Shown here piece after piece: positions 1-8,051 of a stretch of 42,289 nucleotides of DNA. Made by a program: the position numbers and the translations under genes. Positions within the stretch are counted from its first letter, which is position 1; every line of letters begins with the position of its first letter. Source of the stretch: a virus. Lineage: Duplodnaviria; Caudoviricetes. The notes below the pieces were generated by a model. It ran no database searches and was not told where the DNA came from. It saw nothing but the letters and a program-made list of their open reading frames with translations. Location of the stretch: the IMG/VR virus record IMGVR_UViG_3300017747_004117, positions 1 through 42,289 of that record, one strand, 5' to 3'.

Positions 1-123
1 CGCTTTGAAGACACCAGGCATAGCAGCTTTATTCAGTGATTCAATTTCTATTCCTGTAGCTTCTTGAATAAACGCTTTCACTTGCGCATTAGATTTGGGA
101 TTTTTGATATTCGTCAACCGTCC
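1..123. repeat. Terminal direct repeat, left copy (circular assembly overlap)
   Basis: 1-123 is identical to 42167-42289, and the polymerase ORF continues in frame across the join. Confidence 0.97.
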
Positions 124-810
124 CATTTCTTCTATCAGTTCATCAGCAACAATTGCTTCCATTTGAATTGCATTGCGCACTAAATCTTTGTCAACCCGTA
201 CGCCCGCATTATTTATTTTCTGATCCAGATTCCACACAGGTTGTTCAAATTTCGATATCGAAAACCAGTTCAATTGACGCCTGATTTCCTGTTCTGCTTT
301 TACGTCCTGTAGGCAATATTCCATAAAGTCAATCCATTTCTCACCATCATGATGAGGCAAGTTACGCGTGCGCATACCATTTGCTTTGGTTGGTTTACAA
401 GGAACACAAAAATATCTGATCAGTTCTTTCCCACGCTTGTCTTTTTGTTCCATTGTTCCCATTGCCTTTGCCGCCTGGTCAAGTCCAAACGGATAACCTG
501 CCTGAGCAGCAAGTGCCATTGTGCAAGACCATTGAGACGGATCCAATTGCAGATCAAGATGCTTTGACAGACAGGCAATTTCAAACGGCGCATTGTAAGC
601 AGTCTTTAATATTGCAGGATCATTTATATGCACAGCTAATTCAAAGGGAATACGCTGCCCTTTACCCATATCGTAAATCTTCGGTTCTGCGCCGTCAATT
701 GACCAAGAGATCATTAAAATTTGAAAAGCAGGGTCTTCAACATATTTATGAACGCCTGCTTTTATATCAGTTTCTGAATAAGTCTCTAAATCAATTCCGA
801 GCTCTTTCAT
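1..810 (-). CDS. polA: Family A DNA polymerase, N-terminal part (3'-5' exonuclease domain); continues at 42166
   Basis: Missing from the ORF track because it runs off the edge. Manual translation from ATG 810 gives MKELGIDLETYSETDIKAGVHKYVEDPAF...AYNAPFEIACL...YCLQDV (ExoI DxE, ExoII, ExoIII motifs). It is in frame with 41063..42283; the joined protein is about 637 aa. Confidence 0.93.
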   Translation of the reverse strand, partial: MKELGIDLETYSETDIKAGVHKYVEDPAFQILMISWSIDGAEPKIYDMGKGQRIPFELAVHINDPAILKTAYNAPFEIACLSKHLDLQLDPSQWSCTMALAAQAGYPFGLDQAAKAMGTMEQKDKRGKELIRYFCVPCKPTKANGMRTRNLPHHDGEKWIDFMEYCLQDVKAEQEIRRQLNWFSISKFEQPVWNLDQKINNAGVRVDKDLVRNAIQMEAIVADELIEEMGRLTNIKNPKSNAQVKAFIQEATGIEIESLNKAAMPGVFKA

Positions 811-1127
811 AATAAATCAATATTTACTGAGTAGATAGTGTCAACCTGGTTTTGTTGCGAATTATAAACTTCATATTTATAAAAACCTTTCACAACTTTC
901 TTTCCTATATTCTCAATCATGAATTGTTTAATACCTGCTTCTGTCATTTTAACAGTACGGAGTAATTCATAATGACCTCTGAGACTGTTGAACCTGTACA
1001 GCTTAACAAACGGCTGTTGCAATTCATTCAGCTGCACCAGGTCAATTATTTCTTTAATTACATTATCAGTCAGAAGCACTTTGCCTTTGCTGTAATTCAA
1101 TACAAGCCGGCGGATTTTTTCAATCAT
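807..1127 (-). CDS. Hypothetical protein (106 aa)
   Basis: Overlaps both neighbours by 4 nt, suggesting translational coupling. Confidence 0.75.
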   Translation of the reverse strand: MIEKIRRLVLNYSKGKVLLTDNVIKEIIDLVQLNELQQPFVKLYRFNSLRGHYELLRTVKMTEAGIKQFMIENIGKKVVKGFYKYEVYNSQQNQVDTIYSVNIDLL

Positions 1128-1546
1128 AATATCACATCGAGTTTTAGAGCAAGTTTGTTTTCTTGGCAGTGAGTGTACTTTGCAAATTCAACCAACCATT
1201 TTAAATCTTTACGAGAGAAAGTCGGCAGTCTGTCTACATCAATAAAAGCAACGTCGCTGCCTTCAATTGTAATTCTTGGAAATTGTACTTTGTCAAGTAC
1301 AGCAGTGTACAAACAAACACAAGATGATCCGTTGCGTGCAAGTTTACCGATCAATTTCCAGTCATCAGGTTTGATAAAAATATCAGCTTGAGTAAGTACT
1401 GCACGGGAAACACAATCATAGTATGTTTCACCTGGTTTTACTTCATCCCCTGGAAGATTTGTTAAAGAGTCAGTCTTACCTGAATTGAATAAGACTACTT
1501 GTTTAAGGTCTTTGGTGAACAGTGCACCGATTGCAAATTTTTTCAT
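1124..1546 (-). CDS. Nudix-fold protein with a degenerate Nudix box
   Basis: LPGDEVKPGETYYDCVSRAVLTQADI aligns with GX5EX7REUXEEXGU but lacks the RExxEE glutamates. Confidence 0.65.
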   Translation of the reverse strand: MKKFAIGALFTKDLKQVVLFNSGKTDSLTNLPGDEVKPGETYYDCVSRAVLTQADIFIKPDDWKLIGKLARNGSSCVCLYTAVLDKVQFPRITIEGSDVAFIDVDRLPTFSRKDLKWLVEFAKYTHCQENKLALKLDVIL

Positions 1547-2319
1547 TTGTTTGTATATAATTTTATTGCAAGATCAATATATAAACCATATTCAGCAATT
1601 TCTTCTTCTGAATAATTGTTTTCTTTACCAATTTGAACAAAATTTTCTTTCCAGTATTCAAAAGTAAACTTATTGCAACCTATATTTAAAGTTGTTTTAC
1701 TGGAAGCTGCCACAAAATGTTTTGTTCCTTGTATTTGCAATGGCGACTTTTCCCAAGCATCTCCAGACACCCGAGCATCTCCAGACACCCGAGCATCTCC
1801 AGACACCCGAGCATTTCCATACACCTGAGCATTTCCAGACACCTGAGCATTTCCATACACCTGAGCATTTCCAGACACCCGAGCATCTCCAGACACCCGA
1901 GCATCTCCAGACACCCGAGCATTTCCATACACCTGAGCATTTCCAGACACCCGAGCATTTCCAGACACCTGAGCATCTCCAGACACCCGAGCATTTCCAG
2001 ACACCCGAGCATCTCCAGACACCTGAGCATTTCCATACACCTGAGCATTTCCATACACCTGAGCATTTCCATACACCTGAGCATTTCCATACACCTGAGC
2101 ATTTCCAGACACCTGAGCATTTCCAGACACCTGAGCATTTCCAGACACCTGAGCATTTCCAGACACCCAAGCATCTTCTTGAATATTGTTTTCTTTTTCT
2201 ACAAATCCTCCTTTATCTCCTTTTTTACCCCATTTGCAATCAATCAATAATTCTATTCTGAAAAGAGTTATTCCTGCAAAATTTACAGTTGTTTCTGTTG
2301 TAAGTTTGAAATGTTTCAT
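1543..2319 (-). CDS. Hexapeptide-repeat (left-handed beta-helix-like) phage protein
   Basis: N-terminal LFRIE...GDKGGFVEKENN, then 23 x V[S/Y]G[N/D]A[Q/R], then a C-terminal IGC motif. Confidence 0.85.
   Translation of the reverse strand: MKHFKLTTETTVNFAGITLFRIELLIDCKWGKKGDKGGFVEKENNIQEDAWVSGNAQVSGNAQVSGNAQVSGNAQVYGNAQVYGNAQVYGNAQVYGNAQVSGDARVSGNARVSGDAQVSGNARVSGNAQVYGNARVSGDARVSGDARVSGNAQVYGNAQVSGNAQVYGNARVSGDARVSGDARVSGDAWEKSPLQIQGTKHFVAASSKTTLNIGCNKFTFEYWKENFVQIGKENNYSEEEIAEYGLYIDLAIKLYTNK
1753..2166 (-). repeat. Coding tandem repeat, 23 x 18 bp
   Basis: Minus-strand unit GTG T(C/A)T GGA (A/G)AT GCT C(A/G)G; the last unit ends in TGG. Confidence 0.97.
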
Positions 2320-2603
2320 GATTTTTTGTTGAGTTGTTTATCAATGTACTTCTTGGCATTTTTCTTATTGAGAGCAGATACATATAAAAAACCTTCTGTG
2401 CAATTGATTTCATAAATTGTCTTATTTGCATATTCTTTCTTACCTACAATCTGCACTTCTTTATAAGTATCAGAATTTGGGTCATATTCAAAAATCCGGT
2501 GTCCGTCTTGCGAGGGAGAAAAATCAGCAACAAATTGTTTTGTTTTGTGAACTTGTAAAGGTTCATGCTTGGGAAATAACCAGTTGAAGAATTTTGATAT
2601 CAT
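2316..2603 (-). CDS. Hypothetical protein (95 aa)
   Basis: ATGA overlap with the next gene. Confidence 0.75.
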   Translation of the reverse strand: MISKFFNWLFPKHEPLQVHKTKQFVADFSPSQDGHRIFEYDPNSDTYKEVQIVGKKEYANKTIYEINCTEGFLYVSALNKKNAKKYIDKQLNKKS

Positions 2604-2617
2604 GATTTTTTATTTTG

Positions 2618-2691
2618 CTGCTCTTACGGGATTCGAACCCGCGCTTCCGTATCTCATAAATACGTTGAACTAACCGCTATTCGAAAGAGCA
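2618..2691 (-). tRNA. tRNA-like RNA with an atypical anticodon arm (nominal anticodon ATG, or a 9-nt loop)
   Basis: TGCTCTT TC GAAT AGCGGTTA GTTC AA CGTAT TTATGAG ATACG GAAGC GCGGG TTCGAAT CCCGT AAGAGCA G: 7-bp acceptor stem, D arm with GG, canonical T arm, no encoded CCA. Confidence 0.8.
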
Positions 2692-2711
2692 AACCGAACC
2701 TTACCTAACAC

Positions 2712-3269
2712 CTACAGAAGATCAGCTGCTTCGTCGTTCACTTCAACATCACCAAAAGCATCATCCACACTTACGCGTCCTGAAAGACGTTCACCTGTTT
2801 TGGTTTTCATGACGTGATTCAGACCAACAGCAATTCCTTTTGATCCGCCTGAATTATACGGATAGAAAGTAATGTTTGCAAAACCATAATCACCTGACTG
2901 AAATTCGTCCTGATCAGTGATAGGACTGCGTGAAGAGTCAACAATTCCAGGTCTTGTTGAAGCTCTTGCTGATAAGTACATTGACTTTTCATATGCTTCA
3001 TCTTCTTCACGGGCTTCATCACCGTCATAAAATGAAATCTTCAAAGTGCTTGGAACTTTACCACCAAACTTTGAGTCTTTGCCGGCGATTTTTGCAGCAT
3101 CAATTGCAGCTTCAATCATTTTAATTGTCTTCTTGTCTGTCTTCGGGATAATCAAAGAAGCAGAATACTTTTTCTGCTGTCCTTCTTCCATTGCTTTTGG
3201 CTCCCATATTGTAAGGTAGCTAAAGCGGCAGGGAACCGTGATTGTACACGGGTTTTTTTCATTTGCCAT
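2712..3269 (-). CDS. DUF2815-family single-stranded DNA-binding protein
   Basis: RFSY..IWEPK, KYSASLIIPK, DGD, GIAVGLNHVMK..TGERLSG and an acidic tail; next to DUF2800, as usual for this replication module. Confidence 0.88.
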   Translation of the reverse strand: MANEKNPCTITVPCRFSYLTIWEPKAMEEGQQKKYSASLIIPKTDKKTIKMIEAAIDAAKIAGKDSKFGGKVPSTLKISFYDGDEAREEDEAYEKSMYLSARASTRPGIVDSSRSPITDQDEFQSGDYGFANITFYPYNSGGSKGIAVGLNHVMKTKTGERLSGRVSVDDAFGDVEVNDEAADLL

Positions 3270-3336
3270 TTTGTTAAATTTTAAACGTTTAAAAATTAGG
3301 ATGAGTAAATTACAACTTTCTTTTCGAGAAATAAAA

Positions 3337-4506
3337 CTAATCGGCTTCTGATCCTAAATCAACATCTTCAAAAGCGATTTTAGCTGCATCTGTGCTGTTG
3401 ATCTCAGGTCGCTTGTCCCATTCAGGAACAAGAGTTGCTGCGCCAGGCGGTTTAATAATATGCGCGCTGCATAATTTTTCAACAACTGCTTTACCAATAT
3501 TTTTTTCAAGCGCACCAATTCCCACTAACTCCGGTTCTGTCAGGAATAAGTCATTTGAAATTTTTGCTTTTTGCAATGTCTTAATAATTGCTGCAGGATC
3601 AGCATATTTGCGGTTACTTCTGCCTTGTACCAATTTGAAACCAGGCCATTTCATGTCATGCGATACTGCCTGCTGCAGTGCGTAGGTTTTAATTCCAGAA
3701 AACCATTTCACCATGTCAGGTCCTTTGTCCAATATGTTCGCAATATCTTCAGGACTTAGTTTATTGGGGTCTTCAAAAGCATATGAAGCAAGTTGCATAT
3801 TATGATCCGCAAGTGCTTTACATTCATTGCGTGCTTTACAAAATTGGCAATGACTTCCTGGAACATAATCACCTTTTCCCTGGTGTGCAAGTGCTGCTTT
3901 TTGCTTTACTTCATTTTCTCCCCATTCAAGCAACCACGCTGCATCAACTTCAAACGATGAATGATTATCAAGACGCGGTTGAAAAATAGTCATGCGTACT
4001 TTGTCAATATGATAGGAGAGTGAATACTTTTGCAAAGCGCCAAGCGCATACAGCATCATTTGTTTATTCTCATGCGCTTCAACCAATACGCCCTTGCCAT
4101 ATTTCAGATCATTAATGTCCAAAATGTAATCAGCAATGATTGCACAGTCCAATGTTCCAAAACCTTCAGGAACAAATTCTGTCAGGTCAATTTGATCTTC
4201 AACAATAATGGTTGCATCTTTCAATGCTTCATATTTTTCCATGATGAAACTTGCATAGTCCATTGCATGACCGTTCATCTCTGCATTGTACAGCTTATGG
4301 TTTTTGATCTTCTTGAGCTCTTTCTCAAAAAGAACAGACTTAATTTGTTTTAAATTGTTACGCAATAAAAGTTCCGCGAGCGCGTGGGCGAGTGTACCTT
4401 CATCAGCTGCAGTGTTTGAAGATTGCGGAAATGTTTCTTCAAGTCTTGCAGAAGGGGTGCAAGCAAGCCATCTGCTTGCACCCGAAGGTGATAATAATGC
4501 GTGCAT
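3337..4506 (-). CDS. DUF2800-family PD-(D/E)XK nuclease (Cas4/RecB-like)
   Basis: HALLSPSGASRWLACTPS, EGTLAH, GFGTLDC, DLKYGKG, QMMLYALGA, C-terminal CQFC...C. Confidence 0.9.
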   Translation of the reverse strand: MHALLSPSGASRWLACTPSARLEETFPQSSNTAADEGTLAHALAELLLRNNLKQIKSVLFEKELKKIKNHKLYNAEMNGHAMDYASFIMEKYEALKDATIIVEDQIDLTEFVPEGFGTLDCAIIADYILDINDLKYGKGVLVEAHENKQMMLYALGALQKYSLSYHIDKVRMTIFQPRLDNHSSFEVDAAWLLEWGENEVKQKAALAHQGKGDYVPGSHCQFCKARNECKALADHNMQLASYAFEDPNKLSPEDIANILDKGPDMVKWFSGIKTYALQQAVSHDMKWPGFKLVQGRSNRKYADPAAIIKTLQKAKISNDLFLTEPELVGIGALEKNIGKAVVEKLCSAHIIKPPGAATLVPEWDKRPEINSTDAAKIAFEDVDLGSEAD

Positions 4507-4934
4507 TAAAGATCTTTTAAATCTTCAAAAAATGCAGCAAAATGTTCTTCATCCAAAGTAGACGCATTTTTTGCACCGTACTTGTTCAAACATTTTACCA
4601 CTTTGTCTGTCTTCCCTTCACCGACTTTCGCGTTAATCATTTCGCGGATCATTGTCAGTGTAACAGTTTCATCTGTTTTTTTAACAGGAAATTTGATAGT
4701 TTCCTGCTTACCTGCATCATGCTTAACTTCCACTTTTTCACGTGGCCCTGTATAAGTTGGTTTTATTTCACCAACATCAGCCAAATGGATTTTTGCAGGA
4801 ATGCTGAGTGCTGCAATCAATTGCCGCAACAGTTCTTTTGTTTCGTCATCAAAGCCAACAATCAATGTCTGTTGTTTCTTTGGAGCTCGCGGCACAGTCA
4901 CTTTTTTGACTGGTGCCGATTTCTTTTTTGTCAT
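4506..4934 (-). CDS. Hypothetical replication-module protein
   Basis: Small helical C-terminal domain (LNKYGAKNASTLDEEHF) of the kind commonly found upstream of DUF2800 genes. Confidence 0.7.
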   Translation of the reverse strand: MTKKKSAPVKKVTVPRAPKKQQTLIVGFDDETKELLRQLIAALSIPAKIHLADVGEIKPTYTGPREKVEVKHDAGKQETIKFPVKKTDETVTLTMIREMINAKVGEGKTDKVVKCLNKYGAKNASTLDEEHFAAFFEDLKDL

Positions 4935-4954
4935 GTTCTTGTTTTTTGAAGTGA

Positions 4955-5131
4955 TTAATCTTTTTTGATGTAGGCATTCACTCCCACGACCAAAAGTTTT
5001 CCTTTCACTTTCAGGTCTGTTGTCACATTGCCGTTTGATGAAGCAATGACAATTGATTTACCTGATTTTGAAATTTCTTCTTTAGTCGGGATAGTAATGA
5101 CTAAATTGTCCCCTTTCATTTCTACTTTCAT
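4955..5131 (-). CDS. Small hypothetical protein (58 aa)
   Basis: Manual translation MKVEMKGDNLVITIPTKEEISKSGKSIVIASSNGNVTTDLKVKGKLLVVGVNAYIKKD; fills the gap exactly. Confidence 0.75.
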   Translation of the reverse strand: MKVEMKGDNLVITIPTKEEISKSGKSIVIASSNGNVTTDLKVKGKLLVVGVNAYIKKD

Positions 5132-5136
5132 ATGTT

Positions 5137-5544
5137 TTAGATTTGATGTACCTTAATCCCTTGCGCCTGGAGCAGTTCAACACCTGACTGATCTGAATGA
5201 CGGTCTTTAAATACTACTCTTGAAATTCCTGACTGGATCATTAATAAAGCGCAAGACATGCACGGGGAAAATGTGACATACATTGTTGCACCTTTTGTTG
5301 CAATACCTTCAGCCGCACATTTAGCAATCGCATTCACTTCAGAATGTATCACACTTTTTAAAGTTTCCCCGTGCTCGTCTTCACAAGCATTGTCCATATT
5401 TGGAGCAGTGCCGTTATATCCAAATGATATGATTTGTTTTCCCTTTACAAGTACTGCGCCAACCTGTCTGCGTTTGGCCTTACTGTGCTGAGCAATCTGC
5501 AGGGCAATGTTCATATAAGTTTGATCCCAATTAGATGACGTCAT
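5137..5544 (-). CDS. dCMP deaminase
   Basis: VGAVLV, GYNG, HSEVNA and SPCMSC zinc motifs; probable start is ATG 5544. Confidence 0.92.
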   Translation of the reverse strand: MTSSNWDQTYMNIALQIAQHSKAKRRQVGAVLVKGKQIISFGYNGTAPNMDNACEDEHGETLKSVIHSEVNAIAKCAAEGIATKGATMYVTFSPCMSCALLMIQSGISRVVFKDRHSDQSGVELLQAQGIKVHQI

Positions 5545-5638
5545 AATAATCAAGTATTTTTAAGACAGCATAAAATAATAATTTACCTGCAACAATAGCC
5601 AAAGCCCCGAGTATAATTTCCAAAATGTTTATGGTCAT
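5531..5638 (-). CDS. Small single-TM protein (35 aa)
   Basis: MTINILEIILGALAIVAGKLLFYAVLKILDYYDVI; its ATG overlaps the MazG stop. Confidence 0.5.
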   Translation of the reverse strand: MTINILEIILGALAIVAGKLLFYAVLKILDYYDVI

Positions 5639-6039
5639 TGTCCGTCTTTTATAAATGTACCATTCAACATTTTCCCTTTGCGGTTCTTGATTTCATCATA
5701 GGCAGATTGAATACACTCTTCAATTGAGACACTGCCTAAGTGAGCAAGTGAAGTAAGTACAACAACACAATCGCCAATTGCATCTTTGAACTCAACGGGA
5801 TTTGCACGGTCAATTGAATGAGCAAGTTCACCAACTTCCTCAACAAGTTTGATAAACTGTTTTTCTACACTGCCTTTATCAAATATTCCTTTTTCCTTTG
5901 CCCATGTTCTGATGAGGTCAAATATAAAAATGTAAAGTTCTACGCTAACACCATTTGGGCCTATTTTCATTATCTCATTGGCATATAATGCGATGTCTTC
6001 TTTAGACATTCCTTTAGGAAGATTTACAACTAAGTTCAT
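5635..6039 (-). CDS. mazG: MazG-like NTP pyrophosphohydrolase
   Basis: QFIKLVEEVGELA...DAIGDCVVVL...AYDEIKNRKGKM..GTFIK. Confidence 0.9.
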   Translation of the reverse strand: MNLVVNLPKGMSKEDIALYANEIMKIGPNGVSVELYIFIFDLIRTWAKEKGIFDKGSVEKQFIKLVEEVGELAHSIDRANPVEFKDAIGDCVVVLTSLAHLGSVSIEECIQSAYDEIKNRKGKMLNGTFIKDGQ

Positions 6040-6797
6040 ATTGCAATATTTATTTTGATTCGGGATTCTGATTTATAATTGTCAACTGTCAACTGTTGGT
6101 TTTCATAAGACCAGGTAGGTAGCGGATGAACAGGACGTGATAAGTATTCCTGCACACCAACAACATGATCCTGATAAATGTGTGCATCAACAATATTCAA
6201 ATTAATGTTTGCAGGTTTATATTTGGTTATTGCCGCAACGTAAATAAGGAAGTGTGCAAAAAGTCCAATGTCATATGGTATACCTCCAAACATATCACCG
6301 CTTCTTTGCACAACAAACATATCAAGATACTTTCCTGCACGTACATAAAATTGAAAGTACAAATAACATGGAGGTAAAGCCATATCTTTTAATTGTAACG
6401 GATTCCAAAGTGTTATGATATGCCGTCTGCTTTGAGGATTTTTTATAAGACTGTTCAATAAATCATCAAGCTGATTGTGAGAAGTGCCGTTGTAGTTCAG
6501 CATTTGATAACCGTAAACGGGCCCTAAGTTCCCGTGACGATCTGCCCAAGCATCCCATATATGAATGCCTTTGTCTGTGAAAACTTTTGTATCAGTGTGG
6601 CCGTTTATAAACCACTCAAACTCTGTTTTGATAATTTCAATATCAATAAATTTAGAAGTAAGCAAAGGAAAATATTCACTGATATTGTATTTGAGTTGCA
6701 GTCCAAACATGGAGTAAGCAGGCGTAGCGGTTCTGTTGACTCTCAGCTCACCTGATCCAAGTATTAACCGCAATAAGTCTTTGTATCTATTTTCCAT
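6036..6797 (-). CDS. thyA: Thymidylate synthase-family enzyme with Asn177->Asp (predicted dCMP-specific)
   Basis: IWDAWA, LGPVYG, SRR, MALPPC, QRSGD, DAHIY. It has PYD where ThyA has PFN. Probable start is ATG 6797. Confidence 0.9.
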   Translation of the reverse strand: MENRYKDLLRLILGSGELRVNRTATPAYSMFGLQLKYNISEYFPLLTSKFIDIEIIKTEFEWFINGHTDTKVFTDKGIHIWDAWADRHGNLGPVYGYQMLNYNGTSHNQLDDLLNSLIKNPQSRRHIITLWNPLQLKDMALPPCYLYFQFYVRAGKYLDMFVVQRSGDMFGGIPYDIGLFAHFLIYVAAITKYKPANINLNIVDAHIYQDHVVGVQEYLSRPVHPLPTWSYENQQLTVDNYKSESRIKINIAI

Positions 6798-7053
6798 TTG
6801 CATAATTATTGAATGCTGCAATATATCCGACTGCATCAAGCATTGTGTCTTCTTTGGATTGATAAGCGAGGCGGGAAAGTTTCAACGCAATCATACATTT
6901 GAAAAAATCTTCTGTAGTGATTTCTTTGTTGCACATCTCCGAAGCAATCCTTGCTGCTTTGGCCATTGACTCATCAAAAGGGCCGTAAGACCGTTGCTTT
7001 TCTTCGGCCCTTTTATTGATGATGTCGTCTGCCTGCTGTAAAATGTTGGCCAT
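6787..7053 (-). CDS. DUF6378-like small helical protein
   Basis: ILQQA..II..R...YG...MIALKLSR...EDT.LD.VGY pattern, seen in phage nucleotide-metabolism loci. Confidence 0.7.
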   Translation of the reverse strand: MANILQQADDIINKRAEEKQRSYGPFDESMAKAARIASEMCNKEITTEDFFKCMIALKLSRLAYQSKEDTMLDAVGYIAAFNNYANGK

Positions 7054-7907
7054 TACTTCTTGGTAAATCCGCCTTTAGATGCGTACCAAGCAACGGATGG
7101 TTTATGAAATCCTTTTTCAACGATCTCATTTACACTCAAACCTTTTTCAAGTAAGGCCTGAATCTGTGCACCTTTACCAAGAGGTTTGTCACCTGTTGCT
7201 TTTTTCGCTGCTTTCTTTGGAGCTGCCTTTTTCGCTGCTGCCTTTTTTACTGCTTTCTTTGGAGCCGCTTTCTTAGCAGCTTTTTTTGCTGTTGCCATGT
7301 TTTCTTGTTTTTGAAGATTAAAATTTCTGATTACTTTGATGAGTTCTTTACCTGCTGCCTTGTTGTAACGGAGAGCAGCCGTGTTATATAAAGTTAACTT
7401 TTCCTTGTTTGCTTTCTCCTCTGCAAAAATTTCGTCCCATAATTTGGCTGTAAATTCCTGCAGTTCTACCTGATTTTTTGGGATAGGATCAACCACATCT
7501 TCCACTTCCTCAACCGCTTTTTGTCCTTTAGTATTTGGACAACTGAGAGCAATCTTTTTGAATTTTGCATCAATGATTACTGTCTGACTCAGTCCGTGAC
7601 GTTTACCCGTTGCTTCACAATTTCTGCACCGCATTCTGTCATAGCCACCGCGCTCAGTCACAAGACTTGCTTTTTCCCACACGTGATTTACATTACCAAC
7701 TTCATGAGATTTTAACACACCAACAAAGACCCTTTTTTTCTCACCTGGTTTTGCGGTGTTGTTGAACATTTTAATGAGATTTTCGCCGTGGAGTTCCATC
7801 GTCATGTTGTCTTCAGCCATTGTGTTGATGGTTTCTTCGTTTGGATCATGAGCAAGTGGGGAATCTCCTTCCTGTCTCCATTGGAGAATGTACGAGAGCT
7901 GTTTCAT
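7053..7907 (-). CDS. Multidomain protein: putative Zn finger, histone H1-like AAKK repeats, C-terminal helical (HTH-like) domain
   Basis: CRNC..H..C; MATAKKAAKKAAPKKAVKKAAAKKAAPKKAAKK; C-terminus resembles that of 9494..10018. Confidence 0.7.
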   Translation of the reverse strand: MKQLSYILQWRQEGDSPLAHDPNEETINTMAEDNMTMELHGENLIKMFNNTAKPGEKKRVFVGVLKSHEVGNVNHVWEKASLVTERGGYDRMRCRNCEATGKRHGLSQTVIIDAKFKKIALSCPNTKGQKAVEEVEDVVDPIPKNQVELQEFTAKLWDEIFAEEKANKEKLTLYNTAALRYNKAAGKELIKVIRNFNLQKQENMATAKKAAKKAAPKKAVKKAAAKKAAPKKAAKKATGDKPLGKGAQIQALLEKGLSVNEIVEKGFHKPSVAWYASKGGFTKK

Positions 7908-7934
7908 AATTTGTAAGAGGTTTTATTTAGTTGA

Positions 7935-7957
7935 TAAAAGTAAAACAATAAAACGAT
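7935..7957 (-). promoter_or_regulatory. Promoter motif class 2, copy 1 (ATCGTTTTATTGTTTTACTTTTA)
   Basis: Identical 23-mer at 10916-10938; ends in TACTTTTA, similar to the Bacteroidota -7 element TAnnTTTG. Confidence 0.7.
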
Positions 7958-8051
7958 ATAAGGAAATTTTATTTCACTTTTTTCCGCACATTTGAAACTA
8001 TTGCTAATACAAGCAGGGAAAAAGGGAAGATCAGTGTAAGTAGGAACGTGC

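Noticed and set aside
1-123. Biological terminal repeat of the virion DNA
   Set aside because: It falls mid-gene in polA and is best explained as assembler overlap on a circular contig.
349-812. Plus-strand ORFs here and throughout the window
   Set aside because: They are antisense shadows of well-supported minus-strand genes (here polA) with no recognisable motifs.
1753-2166. CRISPR array or DGR variable/template repeat
   Set aside because: The units are contiguous with no spacers and lie in frame in a protein; no reverse transcriptase or cas operon is present.
1686-2261. Four alternative-frame ORFs (MLRCLE, CSGVWK, TPEHFQ, HLSISR repeats)
   Set aside because: They are by-products of an 18-bp repeat lacking stops in those frames.
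2618-2691. Suppressor tRNA or stop-codon reassignment
   Set aside because: Neither reading gives a clean CTA/TTA/TCA anticodon, and core genes are full length in the standard code with all three stops used.
3337-4506. Cas4 as part of a CRISPR system
   Set aside because: It is a DUF2800-type nuclease in its usual SSB/PolA context, with no array.
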